Shown here one piece after another: positions 40,297 through 53,119 of a stretch of DNA of 64,000 nucleotides. The DNA lies in assembly GCF_018977255.1 (NCBI RefSeq), contig NW_024704743.1:74092001-74156000 (forward strand). Reading direction: 5' to 3'. The position numbers and the translations under genes are program-made. The first letter of the stretch is position 1; the number at the start of each line of letters is the position of its first letter. The stretch is from Callorhinchus milii. Its lineage: Eukaryota. The notes beneath the pieces were generated by a model. The model was not told the origin of the DNA and made no database searches. It saw only the letters and a list, made by a program, of their open reading frames with translations.

Positions 40297-40956
40297 AAAA
40301 TGCAAAATACTGCATATGCCAGAAATCTGAAATAAAAACAGAAGTCGGACAGAACGGAAGCACAACCCTGAGCTTCTGGTTTCTTGCCACTGCAACTCTC
40401 CCTCCCACTCTGACCTCTGCATCCACGGTCTCCTACGCTGTTCGAATGAGCCACAAACCAAGCTCAAGGAACAGCACCACATTTATCTGCTAGGGACCTT
40501 ACAGCCCTCAGGCCTCAATATTGATTTCAACAATTTCAGACCATAACAGCTCACCTCCTCCCCCCCTCTTCTGTAACCATTACCACATCATCTGGGTCTC
40601 AGGCACACCTTTACTCTCTGTGGTGTACCTATTTTGTTGCAATGTTTACCCTTCCCACACTTTGTTTTGCATTATTAAGACCTCTGCTCTCCTGTTTTGT
40701 TACAATCCCCCCCCCACCCCTTTGTTTTGCATCATTAACACCTCTTTAACCCATTATCTGCTGTCCTCTACCCCATTTTCTCCTTTGTCTTCCTTACCCT
40801 GCCTCCCCTATCTCTGTTAGCTCTTAAAAGCTTCTCCCTCCTAACGTCCCCAGGTCTGACGAAGGGTCATGGACCCGAAACGCTGATTCATATTCCTTTC
40901 TTCATAGATGCTGCCTGACCTGCTGAGTGTTCCTAGCAACTTCTGTTTTTGTTTCA
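40297..40956 (+). mobile_element. Penelope-like element 3' fragment (GIY-YIG C-terminus plus pseudo-LTR) with inverted terminal piece
   Basis: 40355-40546 reads RKHNPELLVSCHCNSPSHSDLCIHGLLRCSNEPQTKLKEQHHIYLLGTLQPSGLNIDFNNFRP*; LGTLQPxGLN is the typical PLE ORF end. The tail is gatgctgcctgacctgctgagt...ttctgtttttgtttca. 40297-40345 is an inverted copy of the tail end. Confidence 0.85.
40852..40888 (+). ncRNA. Minimal type I hammerhead ribozyme motif (probably decayed) in the Penelope pseudo-LTR
   Basis: CTGACGA (40856-40862), A, stem II GGGTC-atg-GACCC, then GAAAC (40877-40881). The cleavage triplet reads GCT instead of GTH, and stem I is weak. Confidence 0.6.
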
Positions 40957-41389
40957 CCATTTAATAAATTGTCTGGATTATGTTAAAAATGGTCCAAAAA
41001 TAGTAGTATCCATATAAACTGAACTATTCTCCCCTTACCACAGGCCTTTTTTGATGACTTTATTTATCATAATATGTTAACGCTAATAGCTTTGCTGTGG
41101 AGCTTAGGCTATTCGCACTGCAGTGAGTAAAGTATTAGTGAGTAGAACATTAAGCCACCAAAGAGCAGACAAATATCCTTTTAGCCTAGAGTGAGTCAGG
41201 AGGTTTTTTCAAAGCGAGTTTCAATTAATAAGTAGATTTGACTCACAAATGATTATTTGAATTTGAGAATCATCTACAGGGAAATTGGATTCCTTCCTGT
41301 TCACCCATCTCACTCCCAATACTCCTCTTTGACACATACTACACTAAGTCATACTACAATATACTACAATATCTGCAATTGTGTACTAC

Positions 41390-42570
41390 ACTATCTCAAA
41401 TCTGCTATCCTTGTTAAAGTTCTGGAACACGTTGTTGCCACCTTCGCTTACACCTCTCCCTCCATTCCCTGTTCAAACCTTTCTTGTCTGGTCTCCTATG
41501 CCTACAGCACTGGGACAGCCTTTGTCAACAACAACAACATGGATTTATATAGCGCCCTCCATGCCAGACGGCATCTCAGAGCGCTTCACAGTAATGGATC
41601 CCGGGGGGAGGGGGAGGAAGGTGACCAAAGGCGCGGTCAAAAAAAAAGGTCTTCAGCAGAGACCTGAAAATAGGAAGAGAGGGAGTGAGACGAAGGGACT
41701 GAGGAAGGGAGTTCCAGAGCCTCGGGACATAGTGGCTGAAGGCACGGCCGCCGAGGGTGGAGCAGAGTACTTGGGGGACAAGGAGGCCAGACCTGGAGGA
41801 ACGAAGGCAACGGGCACTGTTTTGAGGACAGAGGAGGTCAGAGAGGTAGGGGGATAGGGAAGTACAAATGACGTTCTCTCTCTGCGACCAGGGCTCCCTC
41901 TACCTTCTTGTCCTCCTGTCACAGTCAACCATGTCATTCTCCTTGATCACTTCTTCTCTACCACAATGGGACCACTCTCTCCTCATTCAAGCGCCTCATA
42001 CCCAGCGCTGCTGAAATCCTCACCCACAACTTTGTCACCTCCTGCCTCAACTTCTCCAATGCGCTCATCGCTGGTCTCGCCAGCTCCATCATTCACAAAA
42101 TCTAACTCATTCAAAACTCAACTGTTCATATACTCACCTGCACCAAACTCCGCACCCCCATCACTCCAGTCTTTGTCAGGCTCCATAGTCTCACTATCAC
42201 AGAACAGGTCAATTTCAAGATCTTCACACCCACTTGCAAATCACTTCATGCCCTTGCACCTCCCTCCATCTCCAACCTGCTCACAGCCCACTGCTCGACT
42301 CACTCGGCTGACTCAGGTCTTCTGCACATTCCTCTGACCTCTCTGTTTCACCATCGGCCTTCAGCCACTATGCAATGAATCTCCCTGACTCAATCCTTCT
42401 GTCTTGCCCCCTGTGATCCTGTCTTCAAATCGCATGTGAACACTTTCCTCTTTAACTGTACCTATGGTCACCTCTCTTTTCTCCCAGCTCAGGGTCAAAG
42501 TCTGCAACTGTTGAGCACACTGAGATCCTACCCAAAATGTGAGCGCTATATAAATGCAAGTTGTTGTTAG
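41390..42570 (+). mobile_element. Old L2 fragment with a younger antisense L2 3' end (41526-41860) inserted in it
   Basis: KVLEHVVA...STGTAFV is broken at 41525 by a (CAA)n tail plus an L2 3' end on -. It resumes at about 41863 and ends gcgctatataaatgcaagttgttg. Confidence 0.75.
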
Positions 42571-42874
42571 TCAAACAAAAAAATGTAAGTCAATCTGCAT
42601 CTGAAAGAGAAACCTCAGATGAACTATGCAGCTGAAACATTTAAACCTATAGGAACAATTGGACTTAAGGAAGTCAAATTGAACCAGAATAAGAAAGCAA
42701 AGCTTTTCAGAAATAACTTTTCCCTTTCAAATGTGGATTGACCTGCTATGCATTTACAGTTATTTTGTTTTTATTTGTAAAGCACTCCGAGACATTTATC
42801 CTATGTGAAAGGCCCTATGTATAAATGCAAGTTTTGTTATTGTTGTATTTTAGATGTCTAATATTCTATACTGT

Positions 42875-43230
42875 GGGGTCCCGTAACATAGTGGTTAGAG
42901 CACTCACCTCACGAGCGAGAGGACCTTGGTTCAATTCCTAGGTGGGGCAAGACCTTAGGCAAGCTTCTTCACTCTACATACCTCTGTTTACCTAGCAGTA
43001 AGTAGAAACCCATTTGCTAATCGATTGGCAGATCACTTTCCAGGGGTAATAATCCCTCAAAAAACATTGGGTAAGTCAATCCACAACTGTTTGTGGGACA
43101 CTACTGTGCGCAATTGGCTGCTGCATTTTGCCCACAAAATACACAGTCAATTCACTTTACAGTATATTCTGTGAAGTGCTTTGACATGTCTCAATGGCAT
43201 GTTAAGGAGCTATATCAAATGCAAGATTTT
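42875..43230 (+). mobile_element. tRNA-derived SINE, long subfamily
   Basis: Same head, internal segment, core and tail. Confidence 0.85.
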
Positions 43231-46200
43231 TTTATGTGTCAAATTTATCGTATGCCTGAGCATTTTCCATTCCTTATATAAAGAACAAGGTTAAAATTTG
43301 TATTGATTTCACCCTCCAACTTCTGAATAATTGTAGTCCTCAACCCAAGATGAAAAGCTCTGAGACCACCACCTAGGACTGACACTAAGCAGTACCATCA
43401 CTTAGGATTTAAGAGCAAAAACTCCTTTTTCAAATTATTCGGAGGATTCTGGCCTAACTCAGTTGGAGTAAATAAGCACAGAAAGGCAATTTTCCACATT
43501 TGTAGACTTCAATGGAAAACCTGCTAAAACCTTTGGGCTCTGTTTAACTGTCTCAAAGAATTTTATAGTAATTACCCCCAAGTGTATCGTTTTTTTTGGA
43601 GGCAAGCACAGAAGCCATTTTGTACAAAACAAGGTCATACAAACAGCCAAGAGGTGAATGGCCAATTTATCTGGAGAATTGTTTATCACAGAATTTTTCA
43701 GCACAAAAAAATGGCGTTCAGACCATTATACCTGTGCTGGCTCACTTTAAGCTCAATATTTTTATTTAGCATGACTATTCATAATGAAATATGTATTGAA
43801 ATTCTTGGCACATGTTGCAAAATTCTTAACAAATAGTGTCATGGTATCTCTAGTGTCCAGTTTGAAAAACAGGCAGGCAACAACAACAGCAATTTACATT
43901 TGTATAGTGCCTTTCACGTCAGGACATCGCCTCAGTTTACATTCTAATTTACATTCTAATCTAAAGACACTGGAGTGTTAGCCTAAATGTGGGTCATGAA
44001 CCAAAAATCTTGTGACACAGCGGCAAACAAGAATGCTACAAACTGAACCTAAATTGAGAATTTAGGATTGACAGATATTGATCCTGCTACCTCCAGTTCG
44101 TGCAAATATGTTTTTAGTGCTTACGAGCATGCTTCTAGTGGAAGGAGGGAAAAATAAAAAACTGAAAGATTACATAGAATCTACAGGATCAAATCAGACC
44201 ATTTAACCAACTAGTCCATACTGAGTTGGCCGTCCGCCGTGGAGGGCGCTATATAAATCCAAGTTGTTGTTGTTGTTGATGTTTATACTCCACATGAGCT
44301 ACCACCATCCTAACCCCCCGCCCTCTCCCCCTAGCATACTCCTCTATTCCATTCTCTTTCATATATGTTAAGAGGGAACGGAAATTGCCATTTTAGAATA
44401 GAGCAGTCATATCTGAGTTTGACCCTTAGCTTCCTCTGCTGACTGAAATAAAATTTCACCAAGTGAGATGCATATTTAATAATGATGTTGAGAGCACCCT
44501 CTGCTGGCTGAAGGCAGACAGCAAACAAGAACGGGGAAAAAAGTGACTGCAGGAACCAAACAATTGATGCTCTCCGCACAGAACTCAGCTTGAATAACCA
44601 GTTCCCATCAGAGAGCAAACAACATTGGATCTACTAATGTGTTAAAATTATCTTCAAAGTGGCAATTTTCAACTTATCAGTGCAATGCAAAGCTTTCGAG
44701 AAATTGTAGGGGAATTTTCCTCCTGTCGGTTATTCATAAAATCATAGAAATTACATCATAAAAGGTTGTTCACTACATCAATTATACTTATGCATTATGG
44801 CCATTCAAAAAAAATTGTGGTTGCAAATTGACCAGATTAATGAACATCTAATAAGGGTTCCGTCATGAAAGTGTTCATGTTTCTACACTATCAAATAAAC
44901 AGTTTAAATAAACAGTATCTCCATATTTCCTCCATTCAAATATGTCATTCTTCCATTCAGTAATATTCATCTCCCCCATCCCGGTGCCCCCTTTTCTCTT
45001 TCCCTATCCTTTTGGGGAAAAGGCAGGTGAATGGGAGAGAATGGATTGCTCTTTCACAGAGCCAACACAAACACTATCAGCCAAATGGCCTTCTTCTGTG
45101 CTGTAAAGCTCTACCTATCCCTACATCTTCCAATATTGGTCTTATGCAGATGTTTTCCATGTTCATTTTGACAGAAATTGACACAGCTTCAACTGTTTTT
45201 GTTAGCTGTCTGATCTTCATTTTAATAAAGAAAATAATATACTAGTTTTGTGTGAAAACTGAATGTTTCAATATGCAAATTCTTTGTTTTTTCTTCAAGA
45301 TATTGCCATGGGATTTTAAAAGTCCATATGGACCCCTAGAAAACCCAGTTGGTTGAACATTTCATCCAAATGATGAACATCACTGCAGCACTCCCTCAGT
45401 ATAGTACCAGAGTGGCTGTCTAGAATAGGAACTCAAGCCCTCTTCACAAGATCACAAGAAAGATCTGATGGAAGAAGGCCCTTTGATGGGGAGGCTATCC
45501 ACCCACGACCAACAGCCCAAGAAGTGAACGCAACCAACTGAGTGATACTTACAATCACCACTCTATAGCAAAATAATTTTCTAATCTGTAGTCTTGTTGG
45601 AGTCTTATTCATTTCAAACTATGTAGTACTGCCCTGATGTCTACCTTGAGCAGTGGCAGACTGGCTCCCAAAAAGGGCTTGGGATTTGCAGATAAAATTG
45701 GGGGCGCCGATTTGCGGGGCACCAATTTGGTATTAACCTCCACAGGTTAAATGCTTTATGAAACTTAAATAGGAGGGCGGGATCCGGGTGTTGATTGGCT
45801 GGTCCAAGCTATCACTCACTCAGATGTCATGCTCTGGGTGGTAAATATTGGGAGCCAATCACCGGGGTGCTTGGGAACCATTCTACAACAACAAATTACA
45901 TTTGTATAGCGCCTTTCATGTCGGGAGGACGTCGCAAAGCATTGGGAGCACTCAGAAAATTTCCCAATTAGCCAGTCCGGTCTGCCCCTAACGTTCATTA
46001 CCTGGTTACATCCTATCTCATAACAAACACCGCCCAAACCCTCATTCCCACCTTTGTTACGATGGGAATGACACAAGGTGGCGGGGTAGCACTCCAGAAT
46101 GCAACCCCACATGAAGGGCACTATATAAATGCAAGTTGTTGTTGTTACCACTTGACCAGGCGTTTCCAACACACTCCTCGTCATCTTCCTAGTTCCACCA

Positions 46201-47799
46201 AATCCATAAATTCCAGCTGATCCAAACCTCTGCCACCCATATCATCATCTGCACCAAACTCCCAACAGATTGACTTCAAAGCCCTTACCCATATATCCCT
46301 TCATGTCCTGGGACCTCTCTATCTCTGGCAACTGGATCGACACCTGAGAAGTAAAAACTTTAAGGGATACGGGGAACAAGATGCAATGTGGGATTAATAA
46401 TAAGGGTCACATAAAAACAGATAACGGTGACGTGGACACAATAGGTCAAATGACTTACTTCTGTGATGAAAATTGCTGTGAGAATATCTGCAAGCTTCTC
46501 CCCCTAATCCAGGTCACGCTAAATGATATGTGCAAAGTAAGGGACATGTTTTAAGGGGTCCATAAGGATTTTATATGGCACTGTTGTAACTTAGGTGTGT
46601 TATTTTGGAAATATGTTGACTGGGAGCTGCAAAAAATATTTTGTTGTGGTAAAACATTGACATAATTTGCACAGTATGATATCTTTACAAGCTGCAGGAA
46701 ATGCAGAGCAAAAAACATTTGCCACTTTCTTGTTCTTCTAGGCATTACTTTCAACTTGGAGTAAATATTTTATCATATTGTGCCCATGACTAATCCTCTA
46801 TTATTCTCACACTGTGATTAGTTTGGCAATCCAAGGTGCTCAGAGGCTTTGAAGTAATTAAAACCAGCAAGAGATAATTAACTGCTGTAACTGTGGTAGT
46901 TCTCAACGTTTGCTGTTTAAGACCCAAGGGCAATGGTGAGGCACACTTCTGAAGAGATGTGCATTGACACAAATAGCTGTGCAATGGTAAGGACTAAGTT
47001 ACATTGTTTCACATATAAAGTATGAAGATATTTTTCCCATGTCTACATTGGCTTATTTGTTGCTTATCTCATTCATATTAATCATCCTCATAGTACTAAA
47101 GTTTACCATTTGTCAAACTCGAGGCTATGACAGAGGTTAACTACTGATGCAGTGATACTATACGGTAAAAAACATAATAATGAGATATGTAGATTAGAGG
47201 GGCCTGAATCATAGAAAATGAATGAAGTGTTATTTTAAGATTATTAATGAGGCATAAATTCAGATATTTTGAAATAATTTGGCTGCAAGAATTAAGATTA
47301 AGTATAATGCAATATCTACAATTTCAAAGATATTTATGTAATAAATGTGGATCTTGAACAAATTGGTTATATGTCAAAAGAAATTGTTCTAACTGTGTAG
47401 ATCACTGGAGATGTCACATCTAAAATACTGGGGTAGGTTTTTGATCCTGTTGAAGAGATTACACAAAAGAGCAATCAAGGGTTACATTTGCCAATACAGA
47501 ATGGTAGCCAGAAATAGTTTTTTACCCAGAGGGTAATTAACAATTGGAATGGGTTGCCAGGAATGGGAATTGAAGCCAGGGCGCTGGATAGATTTAAGAA
47601 ATAACCTGATGTTGTAATGATAGGGCATTCTGGAAGGATGAGATCAAGGGGGGCAAAGTGCTTTCCTCATATCTTGTGATGTGTGTTCTTTTCTCATTCC
47701 ATCTTTTCTTTTGGCTTGATTCTTGTACTTTGTGGTCAGCTTGACTCAATTGATAGCATTCTTATCTCTGGGTGAGAGGATTGTGGGTTCAAGGCCCAT

Positions 47800-48608
47800 A
47801 TCTCTCCTCCCTCATATACCTTAGTGTGACTGCACTTGGGTGGTTCAAGTCCTACTTGACCATCCGTCTCCACTTCACCTCAGCAAATGGTTTCTACTCC
47901 CGCCCCCGCCTGGTCACCTGCGGGTATCCCAGGGCTCCATCCTTAGCCCGCTTCTTTTCCTCATCTACTTGCTCCCTCTGGACGATGTTATCCACAGACT
48001 TGGGCTAAACTTCCACCTGTTTGTGGATGACACACAAATCTACTTTACCTCCTCCAGTACCAACTCCAGGTCCACCGATGTTCTATCAGCTTGTCTGGCA
48101 GACATCAGGGCTTGGATGAGTGTGAACTTCCTGCAGCTGAATATGGATAAGATGGACGCCATACTCCTTGGCTATCACCAACTTCTTCACTCCTGCGGAT
48201 CTGAACTCCTCAACCTCCCTGGCCTCTTCAAGATCCTCACTCCTGTGTTCAAATCCATTCACTCCCTGGCACCTCCCTACCTCTCCAACCTCCTCACTCC
48301 CCAATCCATCACCCGGCGCCTCCGCTCGACTGGCTCCGGCCTCCTGTTCATCCCTCACACCCTCCACCCATCATCGGAGGTCGTGTTTTCAGCCACTATG
48401 CCCCAAAACTCTGGACCACACTCTCTCAATCCCTCCGCCTTGCCCCCTCTCCCCTTTCACGTTCTGCCTGAAAACGTTCCTGTTCGACCGTGCTTAAGGC
48501 TACCTCCCCCTTCTCCCCAGCTTGGAGTCAGGCACCGTCATTGTTAACCCCTCTGAGATGCTACCCTGCAATGGAGGGTACTATATGAGTGCAAGTTGTT
48601 GTTGTTGT
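47800..48608 (+). mobile_element. L2-clade LINE 3' fragment with internal deletion, nested in a DeuSINE
   Basis: SQGSILSPLLFLIY, LFVDDTQIY and WMSVNFLQLNMDK; tail gcaagttgttgttgttg. The SINE head is at about 47735-47798 and the SINE body resumes at about 48610. Confidence 0.85.
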
Positions 48609-49359
48609 TAAGTGCATAGTCTATCTAGGCTGAACCTTCAGTTTACCATGACCAAGGTCAGTCAACCTTTGGGAGAGACAGTAAATCAAGGTCCTGTCAA
48701 GTATCATGCAAGTATTCTTTATTTATTTGATATCTTTTTCAGATTTTTTGGGGGGTGGATTCTGCTCTAATACCACAACAGCATAAAAGGTTGTAACCAG
48801 CTCCCTGAGAATAAAGAGCAGATCTTTCCTATGTTCATGTTTCCTGTATTTTATAGCAGTATTCTTTCTTGTGATATCTTGTAATATACACTAGCTGTAC
48901 CTTGGGGCAAGGTTGGGAGTGACACTAGGTGGTGCAGCATACCAGATAATACTGGGATTGCATATTAATGATATTCTCGCACAATTCTTCATACAATAAA
49001 AATGAACAAGGCACTAACAATAATTTCATTGAACGACTGCAGATAGCTTTCTTCACTGTCAAAGTGTCTGCCCTTGTAAATGTAATGTTAGTAGAAATAT
49101 AGATGTTGCCATTCCCACGTTTAGACTTCATGGTAAATAAAGTCAATTGTTTTGCTACTTTAAAATCCAAAGAATATTATAACAGGGGGGATAATACATC
49201 AGTTACAGGATACCAAGCATACAGCATCCGAATGTCAGTTGGCGGGTATTCCGGATTGTACTTTTCCAGGCAAAAGCTTCTGCCTTCAAGTTTCCAGGTA
49301 CAGCAAAGGTGAAGGTTATAGATGCAGTTTGTTAGGCATAACCCCAGCATGGCTGCATG

Positions 49360-50359
49360 ACGCAGGTTTTAAGCACAGCCCAGTACGGGGTCCATGGGTG
49401 CAGTTGTCAAGCACAGCTCCAGTGTAGGTCCACAGTGCAGGGTCCAGGTTGCATTATACAGCATTGGTGTGTGGGGTGCAAGTTGCATTACACAGCCTTG
49501 CTCTAGGGGGTGCATGTTCCATTACACCCCCCCATTGCAGTACGTGCAAGGCCATTTCCCCTTCTCTCAGGCCACCAAAGCCCTCTTCCACGCATTTATT
49601 ACATCTAGGCTACTATGGCAACTCCCTGCTTGTTGGCCTTCCCAACGCTTCCCTCCACAAGATGCAGATCATCCAGAACTCTGCAGCTCGTGTCCTCTCC
49701 CACACCAGGCTCCGTGACCCCATCACCCCCCCCCCACCCTCGCCCGGCTCCACCGGCTCCCCCTCCCCCAGAGTTCAAAAATCCTTGTTCTCGCCTTCAA
49801 AGCCCTGCTCCTTCCCACCTCTGTGACCTTCTGACCCCATATTGACCTGTCCACTCTTTCCGCTCGGCAGTTTCCAGCCTGCTCCACATCCCACCATCGG
49901 CGCTCAGGCCTTCAGCCTCTCTGCCCCCACCCTTTGTAACTCCATCTCACAGCCCCTCCACCTCCCTCCCTCCCTCCCGCCCCCCCTCCCAAGTCAATCC
50001 TCTTCAACCGCACCTTTGGTCACCCTCCCATTCCCACCTTCCCTGCCCTCCTGATCCCAACCCTTTGCTCGTGTCCAAATTCCTGACTGTCCAGCGCCTT
50101 GGGACCTCCTCCCAACCCGAAAGGCACAATGCAAATGTCATTTGTTGTTGTTGTTGTTGTGGTGGTGGTGGTGGTGGTGGTGCAAATAGCACTACACAGT
50201 CTCCAGGTGGGAGGCAGCTGTGGGAGTGCGGGTTGCATTGCATTGCGCAGCCTTGGTGTGGCACGGAGGGTGCAGGTTGCGTAACACAGTACCGGGTGGG
50301 GGTGGGTGTGTGTGTGGGGTGTGTGGGGTGGGGGGGGGGTTGCAGGTTGCATTACACAG
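49360..50359 (+). repeat. Degenerate array of a ~21-bp motif GGTGCAGGTTGCATTACACAG, split by an L2 insertion
   Basis: Copies at 49441, 49475 and 49509 (34-bp period), then 50179, 50225, 50269 and 50339. Weaker copies at about 49360 and 49397. Confidence 0.75.
49550..50160 (+). mobile_element. L2-clade LINE 3' fragment directly upstream of the NMT2 promoter
   Basis: LLVGLPNASLHKMQIIQNSAARVL; (TTG)n tail at 50141-50160, which drifts into (TGG)n. Confidence 0.85.
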
Positions 50360-50780
50360 TCCGGGTAAGCGCAGCCGCCGCTGTGTGGTGTGTGTGTGTG
50401 TGTGGGGGGGGGGGGGCTCTGCCGGCCGCTGGGGGGCGCTGTGCGCGGCTCCGCTCGGCGCTCGGCTCTCGGCTCTCCCTCCATATTGCGCGATGGCGGA
50501 GGACAGCGAGTCGGCGGCCAGTCAGCAGAGCCTGGAGCTGGACGATCACGACACCTGCGGCATCGACGGCGACAACGAGGAGGAGAACGAGCAGACACAC
50601 AGGTGAGGGGAGCGGGAGAGAGAGAGAGAGAGAGAGGCCCCGGGGGGGCGGCTTCCCACAGCAACCCCTGTAGGCCGGGGGGCCGGGGGGCCGGGGGGCC
50701 GGGGGGCACCTTGTGGGGGCAGCGAGCAGCCCCGCCACCCGCTCAGGCACAGCCCCGGGGCCCGGGACCGGGGCCGCGTT
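50360..50780 (+). promoter_or_regulatory. NMT2: CpG island / NMT2 promoter-exon 1 region
   Basis: Sharp local enrichment of GC and CpG around the NMT2 ATG in an otherwise AT-rich, CpG-poor window. Confidence 0.8.
50493..50602 (+). CDS. NMT2: NMT2 (glycylpeptide N-myristoyltransferase 2) coding exon 1
   Basis: gcgATGG start. Translates MAEDSESAASQQSLELDDHDTCGIDGDNEEENEQTH(R), the recalled NMT2 N-terminus. Donor GTgagg at 50603. Confidence 0.96.
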
Positions 50781-51119
50781 ATTATTGATCATCATTCGTA
50801 GTAAAGAGCGTCTCCAACCCAACCCCCAGAGCCCTGAGGGGAAATAAATACCCCCCCTCCCCCCCCCCCCACACACACACACACACCACATTATAACCCT
50901 CTCTCTCTCTCCCTCTCTCCTCTCTCTCCTCCTCTTGTTGCCAGAAAAAAGGGGAATTAAAATAAACCAATGTGGCCGCCCTGGAGAGTCAGGCCTTTCA
51001 GCACTTGCTGGCGGGGCGGGAAAGAGGGGGATACTGAGAGATTCCCTCCACCACCACCACCACCACACTTCCTCTCCAACCACAACTGCCCTCCTTCCTG
51101 CTCATCCTCTGGGGCTTTT

Positions 51120-51340
51120 TCTCTCCATTCCTCTTCTTCTTCTCCTCCTCCTCTCTCCAACTCCCCCCCTCCCTCCCTCCATCCCTCCATCTCCCCCTCT
51201 CTCTCTCTCCCTCCCTCCATCCCTCTCTTCCCCCCCTCCCACCCCTCTATCTCCTCTCTCTCCTTCCATCTCTCTCTCTCTCCCTCCATCCCTCCCTCTC
51301 TCCCTCCCTCCATCCCTCTCTCTCTCTCTCTCTCTCTCAC
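51120..51340 (+). repeat. Polypyrimidine low-complexity tract (CT/CCCT/CCAT)
   Basis: About 220 nt almost free of G on +, ending in (CT)n. Confidence 0.9.
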
Positions 51341-53119
51341 TTCCAGGATATTTCATCTATCATGAATGCTGGCAGCACGTTTTGAGGGAGAAAGAAAGTC
51401 TGCGACTTGCACAGCCATCACCTCACCTGAGCATGTGACAACTGTCAAAAAAAAAGGCACCAGGATCTTTCTCTCTCTCTGTCTTCCTCCCCCCATGGCT
51501 GTGAGAGTGACAGCGACAGCGACTGGGCACTCACTGCCTTCTGCTTTTGTGTGTGCTGTGTTGTCGGGTACGAATGTCCACCTACTGTGGTCATGTCACC
51601 CAAGCGGGAAAGGTTTCTTCTTCGTGGATATTGGAGGAAGTCTTCTTTATTTGAACGCACGCACCTTTTGTTCAGCGCATTTGTTCTTGTCACGTTCAAT
51701 GTTTAGCAGTGAGGGAAATGACATTGCTAAGCAGACCATACATAACATCTTGAATGAAACTGGTCTTTATATAAAAAAAATCTTTGGTGAATTAACAGTG
51801 ACACATCCAATAGAACAATCAGAATGTCAGTGTTTGCTCAGCTTCTTAAGCTGTAAAGTTTTTTTTTTAACCTACAGTACCACGATAACATGTTTCTCCT
51901 GAACATTTTTCCCTACAATTCTCCTGAGAGTACACATTGACAGACGATTTGAATCTGGTAGTATTGCAGCAAAGACCGATTCTGTCCTCGCCCAATGTCT
52001 GTGTATATGAACCTCTATTAAAGACTGATAACAAACATGGATGGGAATCCAGAGTTCTGAGACCATTTGCAGCACCCTTGTGCCTGCGTCAACGAGATTA
52101 GCTAACTCATGGCAGTATTCCCAACAGAACCTTCTCAGTTGGTATGGCTCAGCTACTCACTGCCAATATGTTTAATCCACAGCTGTGGAAGATATAGGGT
52201 CAAATAAATATTAAACTTAGTATGCTGCATCCATACTAGTTTATATGTGGGTAGCTGAGTTGTGTGACCTTATGCTGGTGTCATTTTATACCTAGTCTGT
52301 TTTAGATTTTGTTTCATTGCTTAGGAAAACTTGCACTTTGGATACGTTTTCATAACAAGCAAAGGAATAGTTGAAATTACAGGGTTATGCAGTTTGCTTG
52401 GTGAAGGGGAGTGCCAATTTATTTTAAAGCACCCCTATTAAATTTGGAGTCATTGATAGTTGCAAGCAATTACAGCAATAGTTCATTATGTCAGGAACCC
52501 CAATGAATATCTGTCACCTGAATACCAAGGTTGAATTGTTTTCGAATATTTTACTATATCTTTTACTACCATTTTACTATGCTGATATTTTAATTGGGTG
52601 AATTGTATTCACATTGGGGTTTGTTCTTTTGAGGGTATTAGCTGTCGTTGCCACAAACATCTGGCCGTGATGCAAGGTGACATTTGTAATGCAGTGTAAT
52701 ACAAACAAGTGATTATCATTGCTCCAAGTTGCTACAATAATTATGGAAGAAGCTTGCTTTGAAAAGAGGACTTTCAAATTTTGCACATGGAAATTGCTAT
52801 TTTTGCTGTTCAAAAGTTAGAATTTTGGCACGTTGCAACTTTTGGCTCTACATAAATTTCTTTATATATGAGGCTAAATTTAAAAATCAAACATTGCATG
52901 CTTTACATGTGGTTTCAGGTCAGATGTTAATTGTCACAGTATAATCGGTTCGATAGCATGAATACTAATGCAAAAAGATAATATAGTATAGCATGGCATT
53001 AAAGGGCATATAAAAAAGATTTATTGTGCTGAACTGTGGTATTCAAATATGAAGAGAAACCTTTGTGCAGTTAATGATGTCCTTCTGTTGCTACTTTATT
53101 ACTTTTCTCACTTGTTTTC

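Noticed and set aside
49360..50359. CRISPR-like repeat-spacer array
   Set aside because: The context is vertebrate, the repeats are degenerate, the spacers are irregular and low-complexity, and there are no cas genes. It is better explained as a decayed minisatellite.
50004..51902. Many long overlapping ORFs (up to 243 aa) around the NMT2 start
   Set aside because: They are by-products of GC-rich and simple-repeat sequence. Only 50493-50602 has protein homology and a splice donor.
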